64,000 bases of DNA. Origin: Macrostomum lignano (taxonomy: Eukaryota). A program made the translations under genes and the position numbers. Positions 11,521-35,470 of this stretch are shown here, piece by piece. The stretch lies in assembly GCA_002269645.1 (NCBI GenBank), contig NIVC01000100.1, forward strand, positions 950,208 through 1,014,207. Reading direction: 5' to 3'. Under the pieces are notes generated by a model, which saw nothing but the letters and a program-made list of their open reading frames with translations, did no database searches and was not told the origin of the DNA. Position 1 is the stretch's first letter; each line of letters opens with the position of its first letter.

Positions 11521-12062
11521 CCTAAAGTGCTATGTACAGAGCTGTTATGTACTCTTATCTAGTTATTCATGTACTTTCGGCTACGTTATAGTTGATCACC
11601 ATAAATCACTTTAAAACGCTTCTATACCATTTAATTTCTCAGAAAAATTTTTTCAGAACATATGTTTTAAGTAATTTTCCCAGTTATTTAACTGCAGGTT
11701 TTTACCTACTTTTTCTACCTTTAACTTCGGTCAACTTGCAGGCAGTTAAGAGTTACAATCTCGTGCACAGATTTGATCATACATCAAAGGCGAAAGTCTA
11801 CGCTTAAAAAAGGGTGACATAGTCGAGGCCTTATCTCTGCAATTAGGGTGCAAAGTTCAATCTTCAATCTGCAGTTCTATACGCAGGTACATTGTTAATA
11901 ACAATTTAGAAATCCAACTTGACAATTCTTCAGTTGGCCACCAGCTGTCCACAGCGTGTCTTTAGCGGCTGGCTCTCATGCCATCTGCCTTGGCCAGTTA
12001 GTAACAATACAAAACTTTATTATTGTTCGGCTAAAGAGTTCGCATTCCGGTTTAAAGAGAAA

Positions 12063-15000
12063 ATGTCTAATAGCAGGCAAGATCAACTGCAGCAGGACTA
12101 CCCATCAGCTGTCAGAGCTCTTAACAAGCTGCAATCGAATGCAGCAAATTTAGATCAGGTGCTGCGCGAGAAGGACGCCAGGTGTGGCGATAAAATACCA
12201 GAAATGATACGATGGGCTGCTAAGCTGGGTGAGATCTGTTGTTCCTTTGTTGCTTCTGCTGTTTCTTTGTTGCTTCTGCTGTTTCTTTGTTGCTTCTGCT
12301 GTTCCTTTGTTGCTTCTGCTGTTTCTTTGTTGCTTCTGCTGTTTCTTTGTTGCTTCTGCTGTTTCTTTGTTGCTTCTGCTGTTCCTTTGTTGCTTCTGCT
12401 GTTTCTTTGTTGCTTCTGCTGTTTCTTTGTTGCTTCTGCTGTTTCTTTGTTGCTTCTGCTGTTCCTTTGTTGCTTCTGCTGTTTCTTTGTTGCTTCTGCT
12501 GTTTCTTTGTTGCTTCTGCTGTTCCTTTGTTGCTTCTGCTGTTTCTTTGTTGCTTTTGCTGTTTCTTTGTTGCTTCTGCTGTTCCTTTGTTGCTTCTGCT
12601 GTTCCTTTGTTGCTTCTGTCGTTTCTGTTGTTGCTGGCGAGCCTTAGTGCTGGCGCCCTTTGGTGCTGGCGCCCCTTGGTGCTTGAACGTGTCGAAGTTA
12701 TTGTCAGCTGCTGCTAAAATAACCTATTATAAGATGACGAGCCGTTAATAACTGTTAAAGCAGGGATATTTACTCCAGCCGTTTACCCTAAACGCGCTTT
12801 CTTTAGATGTAACGCCTGCCGACTACAACTCGCTTCGTGTGATCCACGTGACCGGCACCAAGGGTAAAGGCGGAACTTCGGCCTACGCCGAATCTATTCT
12901 ACGTTGCCATGGTTACCGTACAGGTTTCTTCTCGTCGCCGCATTTGGTAGAAGTTCGCGAACGAATTCGAATCAACGGCCGGCCTCTGTCGCGTGAACAG
13001 TTTGCTAAACAGTTTTGGCGCGTGCACGGCAGGCTGATTGGCACGGGTTCTGCGGGTGAGCCCGAGCCAGCCTATTTTCCTTTCCTAACGCTGATGGCTG
13101 TGTGGACTTTTCTGGCTGAAAAGGTGGACGTTGCTATTGTTGAGGTGAGTGCTAATAGTGTGCATTAACTGTTTCTAAGGTATAATATCCCCTTCCTAAG
13201 ATGTAAGCCACCGTTGCTAGGGTATAAAATTCCATTTCTAAGGCATAAGGAACCGTTGCTAGTGTAAATATCCCATTTCTAAGGCATAAGGAACCGTTGC
13301 AAGGGTAACTATCTTATTTATAAGGTGTAAGAAACCTTTACTAAGGCAAATATCCCTTTCTAAGGTGTAAGGAACCGTTGCTAGGGCAAATATCCCTTTC
13401 TAAGGTGTAAAGAACCGTTGCTAGGGCAAATATCCCATTTCTAAGTTGTAAGAAACCGTTGCTAGTGTAAATATCTATTTCTAAGGTGTAAGGAACCGTT
13501 GCTAGGGCAAATATCCCATTTCTAAGGTGTAAGAAACCGTTGCTAGTGTAAATATCTATTTCTAAGGTGTAAGGAACCGTTGCTAGGGCAAATATCCCAT
13601 TTCTAAGGTGTAAGGAACCGTTGCTAGGGCAAATATCCCATTTCTAAGGTGTAAGGAACCGTTGCTAGGGAAAATATCCCATTTCTAAGGTGTAAGGAAC
13701 CGTTGCTAGGATATAATGTCCCGTTGCTAGGGCATAATACTCGTTGCTAGGGTTTATAATCAGCCGTTGCTACGCTCGTATGTATAATCTTACGTCGCAG
13801 CAGCGAATTCAATTACAATTTTCATTAGAGTACTATATGCCCTGCTACTAGAGTATGAATCTCGGTTGCTAGGGTATTAGCAAGTGTCTGTTGCTAAGGT
13901 ATGAAATGGTTTATTTCGTTAAAAGTTTAATATTTAACTAGACCAGGCTATTAGTACTACTCGTATTAACAGCAAAAATAAAAATTCCATTTTTTTCAAA
14001 GAGCCTAGTGACATTTTCAATGCACAGCAGATATTTAAATTTATAAATAATCAATAAAAGGACACTTAAAGGTCGATGTTTTCACACTGTCTGCACCTGC
14101 GCATTAAGAGAAGAGATTCGACATTGCACTGTACGAGCGTAATTATATTCAACATCGACAATTTCATGCTAGACATTTAAGTGCTTTCTGGAAAATCTGA
14201 CAAAAATGCATTAAAAAAAATAAATTCCAGTGCAGTATAACAAAACTGTATAGCTCCCGCTAGAGCCGAAATTGAAGTGCATTCAAATGCGACTCAGGTT
14301 GATTCCTTTATCAATACCAATATTTTATCGTTGATTAATTAGTGGGGACGTTGCTCATCCTGCCTTTGAACTTGACAGATAGAAAGCATCTGGCTCTAAT
14401 GGCTCAGATGCTAATTGTCACTCTGAACCTCGCCCATTTTCACTCTCAATCTCACCAATTGTCACTCTCAAACTTTCTGAATTTCACTCTCAACCCCAAA
14501 AAATATCACTCTCAACCTCGCCAAGTGTCACTCTCAACCTCGCCAATTGTCACTCTCCACCTCGCCAATTGTCACTATCAACCTCGTCCATTTTCACTCT
14601 CAACCTCGCCAATCGTCACTCTCAACCTCGCCAATTGTCACTATCAACCTCGTCCATTTTCACTCTCAATTTCGCCAATTGTAACTCTCAACCTCGGCAA
14701 TCGTCACTCTCAACCTCGCCAATTGTCACTCTCCACCTCGCCAATTGTCACTATCAACCTCGTCCATTTTCACTCTCAACCTCGCCAATTGTCACTCTCA
14801 ACCTCGCCAATTGTCACTCTCAAACTTTCTGAATTTCACTCTCAACCCCAAAAAATATCACTCTCAACCTCGCCAATTGTCACTCTCAACCTCGCCAATT
14901 GTCACTCTCCACCTCGCCAATTGTCACTATCAACCTCGTCCATTTTCACTCTTAATTTCGCCAATTGTCACTCTCAACCTCGGCAATCGTCACTCTCAAC

Positions 15001-16493
15001 CTCGCCAATTGTCACTCTCCACCTCGCCAATTGTCACTATCAACCTCGTCCATTTTCACTCTCAACCTCGCCAATTGTCACTCTCAACCTCGCCAATTGT
15101 CACTCTCAAACTTTCTGAATTTCACTCTCAACCCCAAAAAATATCACTCTCAACCTCGCCAATTGTCACTCTCAACCTCGCCAATTGTCACTCTCCACCT
15201 CGCCAATTGTCACTATCAACCTCGTCCATTTTCACTCTTAATTTCGCCAATTGTCACTCTCAACCTCGCCAATCGTCACTCTCAACCTCGCAATTTTCAC
15301 TCTCAAACTTTCTGAATTTCACTCTCAACCCCAAAAAATATCACTCTCAGCCTCGCCAATTGTCACTCTCAACCTCGCCAATTGTCACTCTCAAACTTTC
15401 TGAATTTCACTCTCAACCCCAAAAAATATCACTCTCAACCTCGCCAATTGTCACTCTCAACCTCGCCAATTGTCACTCTCAACGTAGCCAATTGTCACTC
15501 TCAACCTTGCCCATTTTCACTCTCAATTTCGCCAATTGTCACTTTCAACCTCGCCAATTGTCACTGTCAAACTTTCTGAATTTCACTCTCAACCCCAAAA
15601 AATATCACTCTCAACCTCGCCAATTGTCACTCTCAACCTCGCCAATTGTCACTCTCAACCTCGCCAATCGTCACTCTCAACCTCGCCAATTGTCACTCTC
15701 CACGTAGCCAATTGTCACTCTCAACCTCGCCCATTTTCACTCTCAATTTCGCCAATTGTCACTTTTAACCTCGCCAATTGGCACTGTCAAACTTTCTGAA
15801 TTTCACTCTCAACCCCAAAAAATATCACTCTCAACCTCGCCAATTGTCACTCTCAGCCTCGCCAATTGTCACTCTCAACCTCGTCAATTGTCACTCTCAA
15901 CTTCCCATTTTTCATTCTCAGTGTCCCCATTGTCACTCCCGTCACTCCAGGTGGGCATCGGCGGTCGTTACGACAGCACAAACTTTGTCTCGTCTCCCTG
16001 GGTGTGCGCCTTCTCCCCTCTCGGCCTCGATCACACCGCCCTCCTTGGCAATAGCATCGCCGAAATTGCCTGGCAAAAAGCTGGAATCATGAAGCCCGGA
16101 TGTCCCTCAGTGACTGTCTATGGCCAGCCAGAAGAGGGCCTGGCTGTGCTTCAATCCCAGTCTGCCGATCTGGGTTGTCCGCTGTTGATCGCTCCAGAGC
16201 TGAATGAACTGCCCGAGTCGCTAGCGGGCAGGTTGGCTCCATCGCAGAAGGCCAATGCCGCTCTGGCCGTGGCCGTCTGCCGAGTGTGGCTGCGCAGAGC
16301 TCGGACTGATGAGGCCTTGCTGGAGGCTGGGCGAGGCCTGGTTGTGGTGAGTGTTCTGGCTGCGACAGTACGGCACTGAGACAGGCAGACTGACAGACAG
16401 TAGTACAGACACTTAGACACTAGGGCAGACACTGAGACAGACATTAAGACTGAGAAAGACACTGATACAGACACCAAGAGAGACTTACACTGG

Positions 16494-16568
<75 letters not shown>

Positions 16569-16672
16569 GGACGGACAGGCAGACAGACAGACGGACAGGC
16601 AGACAGACAGACAGACAGACAGACAGACACTAAGACACTAAGACACTAAGACAGACAGACAGACAGACACTA

Positions 16673-16764
<92 letters not shown>

Positions 16765-16868
16765 GGACGGACAGGCAGACAGACAGACGGACAGGCAGAC
16801 AGACAGACAGACAGACAGACAGACACTAAGACACTAAGACACTAAGACAGACAGACAGACAGACACTA

Positions 16869-16929
<61 letters not shown>

Positions 16930-16948
16930 GGCAGGCAGACAAACAGGC

Positions 16949-16981
<33 letters not shown>

Positions 16982-17032
16982 GGTAGACAGACAGACAGAC
17001 AGGCAGACAGACAGACAGACAGACAGACACTA

Positions 17033-17089
<57 letters not shown>

Positions 17090-17108
17090 GGCAGGCAGAC
17101 AAACAGGC

Positions 17109-17141
<33 letters not shown>

Positions 17142-17160
17142 GGTAGACAGACAGACAGGC

Positions 17161-17193
<33 letters not shown>

Positions 17194-17204
17194 GGCAGAC
17201 ACTA

Positions 17205-17237
<33 letters not shown>

Positions 17238-20200
17238 GGCAGGCAGGCAGACACTAAGACAGACAGACAGACAGGCAGACACTAAGACAGACAGACAGAC
17301 AGACAGGTAGGCAGGCAGACAGACAAGCAGACACTAAGACAAACAATAGGTCAGACACTGAGATAGACACTAATGCAGACATAAGACAGACACTTTAATA
17401 CAGACTCTAAGACAGACACTGAGACAGGCATTAGGAGACACTAGGACCAGTGGTGTGATTCAGGCGCGAATTCGCGCCAGGCGCGAAAATGGCGCGAATG
17501 CGCGAATCCTGGGGGTCTGGCGCGAAATTTTGTGGAACCATGGGCGCGAAAATTGCATTCCTATTTTCTGATTTTTATACTTATTCTATTGTCAGACAGT
17601 ATGAAATACAAGAATGTCATAGCTTAGGAGATTAATCTCGAGAATTTCGAGATTCGTGGAGAATTTCGTGGTCGCAAAGAAGCAAAGTGACACTGAAGAT
17701 GTGGCTGCTACGTCTGCAAGGGCGGCAGAGATCAGATGTGTTGTCAGGATTGCACTAAGAATCGCAGCTTCGAGTCAGAAGAGGACCTTGCCGAGGATCT
17801 GATGGCCATTTGCCCAGATTCAAAGATTCCACCCAACATCGCCAACAAGAAGTTCAGGCGGGACACGGCTGGGACTTGAGAGACATGCTAATTGGTAGCC
17901 AGACGCATCTTCAAAAGTGTCATCAATTGACTTATTTGGCTGTCAGTAGAATATTATTGGCATGGCGCGAAAATTTTCAGTCGGCGCGAAATTTGGCAAA
18001 CTTTCCAATCACACCACTGACTAGGACATCGCTAAAACAAATCAACAGTTACACAGGGCTCATGCATGTAATTATAATATTTTGCTTGCTGCATATTTGA
18101 AACTGCATATTTGAAACTGCATATTTGAAACTGTCAATGTCACTTTTCGTGCCCCTATCTGCAGAGACATAAATGTAGTTTAGTTTGACATTTGACGCGT
18201 TCGCGGTGTTCTTGTGTCATTTTTCTTTTTTTAGAAAACCACATGAAAAATTGACGGTTACTTTCATTGAATCTCTAGCTGACGCTGTCTACTCTTTATC
18301 AATTTGAGTTACAAGGACTGGCATTTAGCTAAAAAGTACCATTCGTTCTTGTCTCTGTCTGTTAGACTATTCATTTTTAATCAGGGCCTTATATGTATGC
18401 TACTCGTATGTTACACTATGATCCCTGTGATCCTTCTGAGTTGGTAGTTAGTGACACTGCATGTTCTTCATGCTATTTATCTCTTATAATTGGTATTAGC
18501 CTTCTTCATGACCGTCTGAATGGGTCATAAACCTTCTATGATCTTCATGACCCTTTTGTATTAGTCATAAACCTTCTATAGTCTTTATGACTTGTTTGAA
18601 TTGGTCATAAACCTTCTATGATCTTCATGACATAAACCAAAATTAGTCATATTAGTCATTTGAAACTGCATATTTGAAACTGCATATTTGAAACTGTCAA
18701 TGTCACTTTTCGTGCCCCTATCTGCAGAGACATAAATTTAGTTTAGTTTGACATTTGAACAGCCACGGGAATAGCTGCTATTTAGGGAGCTATTTAGGGA
18801 TTCCAAACAAACAAAGTCATATTAGTCATAAACCTTCTATAGTCTTTATGACTTGTTTGAATTGGTCATAAACCTTCTATGATCTTCATGACCCTTTTGT
18901 ATTAGTCATAAACCTTCTATAGTCTTTATGACTTGTTTGAATTGGTCATAAACCTTCTATGATCTTCATGACCCTTTTGTATTAGTCATAAACCTTCTAT
19001 AGTCTTTATGACCCTTTTGTATTAGTCATAAACCTTCTATAGTCTTTATGACTTGTTTGAATTGGTCATAAACCTACTATGCTCTTCATGACCCGTCTGA
19101 ATGGGTCATAAACCTTCTATGATCTTTACGACTTATCTGAATTGGTCATAAACCTACTATGATCTTCATGACCCGTCTGAATGGGTCATAAACCTTCTAT
19201 GATCTTTACGACTTATCTGAATTGGTCATAAACCTACTATGATCTTCATGACCCGTCTGAATGGGTCATAAACCTTCTATGGTCTTTACGACTTGTCTGA
19301 ATTGGTCAAAACCTTCAATGATATTCGTGGCCCGTCGGAATGGGTCATAAACCTTCTATAATCTTTACGACTTGTCTGAATTGGTCATAAACCTTCTATG
19401 ATCTTCATGACCCTTTTGTATTAGTCATAAACCTTCTATAGTCTTTATGACTTGTTTGAATTGGTCATAAATTTTTATGATCATCCTGACTCCACTAAAT
19501 CGATCCTAAACTTTTCAACCTCATATTTGACAGCCTAATTAAATATTGTCATCACGAACTGCATAATCGATGATGTTGCAAACTCTGTACAAACCTGTGC
19601 ATTTCCCGCAGAAAAATCCAACCGAAGATTCAAACGACCCCCTAGATTTGGAGGCCTGCAACCGTGGCTTGTCCCTTGCCAGCTGGCCCGGTCGCTATGA
19701 CGTCATGCCCTACCGACCAGGTGTCACCCTGTACATTGACGGCGCTCACACAGCTGAAAGCGTATCCCAGGCCGCCAGCTGGTTTGCTAATCTGCAACAG
19801 GGTCGAATTGGCGCTAAGAAAAAATTGCTATTCAATAGAACCGGCGACAGAAGGCCTAAGGATCTGCTGGCTCAGTTGGTTAAATTAGGATTTGTTCAGG
19901 CTGCATTTTGTCCCAATGTTGTGGACTCAAGGAGCTCAAGCAGCAGCCGTAGTGCGGATCTATTCAGCGCGTTGGCTTCCGGTGACTCTAGCGGTATCCG
20001 ACTTAAAGTTGAAGAGAATAAAACCGCTTATGAGCAGCTTGATAGCCAATGCGATTGTCGAATATTCGATTCCGTAGCTGAAGCCCTCGAATGGTTGGTT
20101 ACTGACGGAAATGGCTCGGACGAGATGCAATGCGATGTACTTGTCACCGGCAGTTTGCACTTGGTTGGCTGTCTGTACGCAATGCTAGCGCCCCAGGTGG

Positions 20201-20241
20201 CCGACGGGGAGACAACTGGGGAGGCTAGAGCTATTAGCTAG
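12063..20241 (+). CDS. FPGS: Folylpolyglutamate synthase; join(12063..12228,12807..13144,15951..16346,19612..20241), 509 aa
   Basis: Motifs [68 protein letters not shown] and [11 protein letters not shown] occur in order. All junctions are GT-AG with matching phases (1,0,0). Confidence 0.95.
12233..12635. repeat. 20-bp repeat (GTTGCTTCTGCTGTTTCTTT)n in FPGS intron 1
   Basis: Direct reading; starts within about 10 nt of the donor. Confidence 0.95.
13170..13780. repeat. 41-bp repeat (CCGTTGCTAGGGCAAATATCCCATTTCTAAGGTGTAAGGAA)n in FPGS intron 2
   Basis: Direct reading. Confidence 0.92.
14410..15910. repeat. 22-bp repeat (TCACTCTCAACCTCGCCAATTG)n with variant blocks, FPGS intron 2
   Basis: Direct reading; explains ORFs in 14342-16092. 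Confidence 0.95.
16378..17440. repeat. (AGAC)n microsatellite with ACTAAG/AGGC variants, FPGS intron 3
   Basis: Direct reading. Confidence 0.97.
17448..18019. mobile_element. Non-autonomous hAT-type element (572 bp)
   Basis: Perfect 13-bp TIRs CAGTGGTGTGATT (17448-17460) and AATCACACCACTG (18007-18019). 8-bp TSD ACTAGGAC at 17440-17447 and 18020-18027. Subterminal GGCGCGAA motifs at both ends. Confidence 0.92.
18500..19480. repeat. 40-bp tandem repeat with alternating variants (GTCATAAACCTTCTATAGTCTTTATGAC...), FPGS intron 3
   Basis: Direct reading. The unit holds an 8-bp inverted repeat GTCATAAA/TTTATGAC; the array is interrupted at 18660-18814. Confidence 0.92.
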
Positions 20242-20344
20242 CTCTTAGTAGTCTTCCCGAGTTGTCAGCCGAACAGCGTAATTAACTATTAGCCTGACGA
20301 AAATGGCCCTTTGTTACACTCTTACCTTTGATTCCTTCCCCTAG

Positions 20345-20500
20345 ATGTACTCTCACCCCCGCTTCAACTCCGGCCCTCGAATGTACATTCTACCCCGCTT
20401 CAACTCCTGCCCCCGAATGTACATTCAACCCCCTTTTAACTACTGCCCCCGAATGTACATTCAACCCCCTTACAACTCCTGCCCCCGAATGTACACTCAG
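20345..20500. repeat. Repeat of about 36 bp (CCCCCGAATGTACATTCAACCCCC...), 4-5 copies
   Basis: Direct reading. Confidence 0.8.
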
Positions 20501-21002
20501 CGTCTATCGATCCTAAATATTGGTTTCAACTTGACGATATTAAAATTATTGTGCTTTGTGAAAAGTTTGTTGTTCATCGATTTTTTTGCCTCCTTTGTTT
20601 TTTTGTTTTTCTGATTTCTATTTAATATAATTAAATAATGAATGCTTATTTTGTAATTTTTGAACTTGATTATTTTATTCAGCAAATCCTTGATATTTTG
20701 ATACAAGCGTAAAATGTTTGAAAGAAGGTTATGTTTCGTTTAACTATATTTAGATATGGCATTTACTCGCTAAAAACAAAATCATGAAAATTTATATTGT
20801 TACATTTTGCAACAAATTATAGTTGCTAGCTTTTTGCCAACAATTATTTTTCCTAATATTTTACCTGGATATATCTACTCAAAATACTGTAGTGTGTTGA
20901 AATCATTTCCGTGGATTGTAACTGGTACGCAAGGTAGGAAATTTTATCGTAGCTTTATGAGCTTTCATCATGTTGCTTAAAATATCTAGATACTTGCTAT
21001 TT

Positions 21003-21240
21003 TATGTACACTCGCTCCAGAGCACAACCCCACCACCCCAATGTACACTCGCTCCAGACCGCCACCCCACCACCCCAATGTACACTCGCTCCAGACCGCA
21101 ACCCCACCACCCCAATGTACACTCGCTCCAGACCGCAACCCCACCACCCCAGTGTACACTCGCTCCAGAGCACAACCCCACCACCCCAGTGTACACTCGC
21201 TTCAGACCACCACTCTACCACCCCAGTGTACGCTTGGCAC
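21003..21240. repeat. 37-bp repeat (ATGTACACTCGCTCCAGACCGCAACCCCACCACCCCA)n
   Basis: About 6 copies. Confidence 0.9.
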
Positions 21241-22090
21241 ACCCAGTTAAATTTAAAATATTCTGCTACCAACTACCAGTTGTAGTTTTCCATTCCGAAA
21301 TCCGTGACTGGTTGATCTATTTATTAATCAATATTCGTCTTATGAATAGCCAAGATGCCTAAAACTATCCAAGCTATTTTGAGCATTTGATCCCTCAATC
21401 GGAGTCTATTATGTTTGCCATTATACTGCAATAAAAAAGTTGTATATTTTTGCCATTGATTCTATGCAAATTAAGATGAGATATCTGACAATACAGACTT
21501 TATATAGCTTCATCTATATGTACTATAACTGTAGTGTATTGTCTTTGCTTCACTCTTCTTTTGTTTCCCAGCCAGGAAAGAGATAATTTTCGCGCGCAAC
21601 AAGTGAAACAATAGCAAGCGACATGTCGACCGTGCAAATCTTCCTTTTCTCGCTGTGTGGCTTTCCATTTTCTAAAAGCTGTCTCTTTTTCCTCTTTTAG
21701 CAGACATTGTAGAGCATTGATCGTGCGCTCGCGTGAGAAGAGGAGAGGCGAAAAATCATTTCTATATTCCTGCTGATGCTGACTGCAACTATTGCACTTT
21801 TAATACGGGATGTTAGAATGATCAGGTGAAACAAATCTTTGATGAAGCAGCCCTCATTAGTGCTAGAAATTCATTCGTCCATGTCAAGTTTACTAATCAG
21901 ATGGCGAAGCATTCGTGCTTAAAGGTGGTACAGGTACATGTATAGCTACTCGCGCCCATCATTTTACTACTATTGACTTCGTTCTTGGCTAGACTTGTTT
22001 TGTATTTTCCTATAGCATAAAGCTGTGTCTTTCTATCTAACAGCTTCCAGAGCTGCTTTGTACTTTAAAATTTAGTAAAAAAGACGACTA

Positions 22091-22610
22091 CCTACACCTT
22101 TTCCATTCAATTTCAACAAAATTTAGCTCTGTCTTCGTCAGACACTCGTCCGTATGGCCCTCCGGGTTCAACATCATCATCTGCGTCACCGATTTTTTCA
22201 ATTCTTCATCTCCTGCTTCTGCGAACATCTCGTCGCTCATTCTTCTTATTCGTTAACATGAAGCTTCTGTCTTCTGGAAGCGAACTTCAAGAAGAGCAGC
22301 ACTTAATTTACAGAGGGATGTAATAAAGAGCCATACATAGACAGTTTGAAGTATTTTGTTAGCTTGAGAGGGGCTATTGAAGATTTATGCAGTACAGTGT
22401 ACACTAAAAATGTGCGTCAAAAATGTTGTGCTGAAATTGAATGGTAAATCTGCATACCAGATTGTTTTGTTTTGTCCATGGACAGAAATATAATATCTAA
22501 CTGCCGAAATTGAATGGGTTCTCCTTGCCGAATTCGAATGATGGTTGAAGTAGATATAAAATTATGAAATTGAATGCGAGTTTGATTGAAATTGAGCGGA
22601 AAAGGTGTAG
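22091..22610. mobile_element. TA-flanked MITE, Tc1/mariner-like (about 520 bp)
   Basis: 25-bp TIRs CTACACCTTTTCCATTCAATTTCAA versus the reverse complement of TTGAAATTGAGCGGAAAAGGTGTAG (23/25). TA at 22089-22090 and 22611-22612; the left end has one extra C. Confidence 0.7.
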
Positions 22611-22904
22611 TAGGCCTGACCTTTGAGAATGCCGGTAACAATATCAGGATTTGTTTCTACGGATGTGAAGATAACATTAAAAAGAAGCATTGTATTTTAA
22701 GGCTATAGCTCATTTTTTACTTATCCAGAACTCACCTCAAAATAGCTATTTCAGACGTGAATGAGAAAATTCCTGCTAAATGTACCTGTATGTGCTATGC
22801 TAGTTCTGGGAGTATTGTTTGACTTTGTGTATCATGTTTTGTATGTGTGAAAAAGTACAAAGGACTAGTAAGATTGCCCCCCCCTTTTTGAAGTATTTAG
22901 CACG

Positions 22905-23632
22905 ATAGACTAGCACCATTGCCCCACTCTGTAGTATTTATTACAATAGACTAGCACCATTGCCCCCTCTGTAGTATTTAGTACAATAGACTAGCACCAT
23001 TGCCCCACTCCGTAGTATTTAGTACAATAGACTAGCACCATTGCCCCACTCCGATAGTATTTAGTACAATAGACTAGCACCATTGCCCCACTCCGTAGTA
23101 TTTAGTACAATAGACTAGCACCATTGCCCCACTCCGATAGTATTTAGTACAATAGACTAGCACCATTGCCCCACTCCGTAGTATTTAGTACAATAGACTA
23201 GCACCATTGCCCCACTCCGATAGTATTTAGTACAATAGACTAGCACCATTGCCCCACTCCGTAGTATTTAGTACAATAGACTAGCACCATTGCCCCACTC
23301 CGATAGTATTTAGTACAATAGACTAGCACCATTGCCCCACTCCGTAGTATTTAGTACAATAGACTAGTACCATTGCCCCACTCCGATAGTATTTAGTACA
23401 ATAGACTAGCACCATTGCCCCCTCTGTAGTATTTAGTACAATAGACTAGCACCATTGCCCCCCTCTGTAGTATTTAGTACAATAGACTAGCACCATTGCC
23501 CCCTCTGTAGTATTTAGTACAATAGACTAGCACCATTGCCCCCTCTGTAGTATTTAGTACAATAGACTAGCACCATTGCCCCCCTCTGCAGTATTTAGTA
23601 CAATAGACTAGCACCATTGCCCCACTCCGTAG
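22905..23632. repeat. 41-42-bp repeat (AGTATTTAGTACAATAGACTAGCACCATTGCCCCACTCCGT)n
   Basis: About 17 copies. Confidence 0.95.
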
Positions 23633-23936
23633 GAGTAAATGTTGGCTAAACACCTATAATGCAGCACTGTTTTATACATGCTGCCATAGATTTCAAAAGT
23701 ATTTTTCGAATTAAAGGATGGATGATAAACAAAACTCGTCTAGAAAGGACTGGATTGGCTGAGTTTGAAACAGCCAATGACTGATGCTCCAAGCAGCTGT
23801 ACTCTAATGGCAAGGCCGTTCACAGCCTTTTAAAACATTATAACCTCTCAGTTCACCCTCACTGTTCTGTTTGGGAATCATAAACTCTAACGAGTAATAT
23901 CCAGCCATCGATTCACTGGCACCTGGCATCGCCATC

Positions 23937-34820
<10,884 letters not shown>

Positions 34821-34951
34821 AAATGTCTCAGTTGTTTTTATATGGATTCATATCAAAATCCATCTCTGTTTCTTGTAATGCATGCATTCTTAACCAAGCG
34901 GTCCCACTTGCAGTCACACACCGGAGTCTCACCACACAGCCTCTCGACCAC

Positions 34952-35470
34952 AGAGACTCTTACCTCAGAATCTCTCATTCCAGAATCTCTCATTCCAGAG
35001 ACTCTCACCTCAAAATCTCTCATTCTAGAGACTCTCACCTCAGAATCTCTCATTACAGAGACTCTCACCTCAGAATCTCTCATTCCAGAGACTCTCACCT
35101 CAGAATCTCTCATTCCAGAGACTCTCACCTCAGAATCTCTCATTCCAGAGACTCTCACCTCAGAATCACTCATTCCAGAGACTCTCACCTCAGAATCTCT
35201 CATTCCAGAGACTCTCATCCCAGAATCTCTCATTCCAGGGACTCTCACCCCAAAATCTCTTTTCCCAGAGACTCTCACCTCAGAATCTCTCATTCCAGAG
35301 ACTCTCACCTCAGAATCTCTCATTTCAGAGACTCTCATCCCAGAATCTCTCATTCCAGGAACTCTCACCTCAGAATCTCTCATTCCAGGGACTCTCATCC
35401 CAAAATCTCTCATTCCAGAGACTCTCACCTAAGAATCTCTCATTCCAGGGACTCTCATCCCAAAATCTTT
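34952..35470. repeat. 30-bp repeat (CAGAATCTCTCATTCCAGAGACTCTCACCT)n
   Basis: Direct reading; about 17 copies. Confidence 0.95.
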
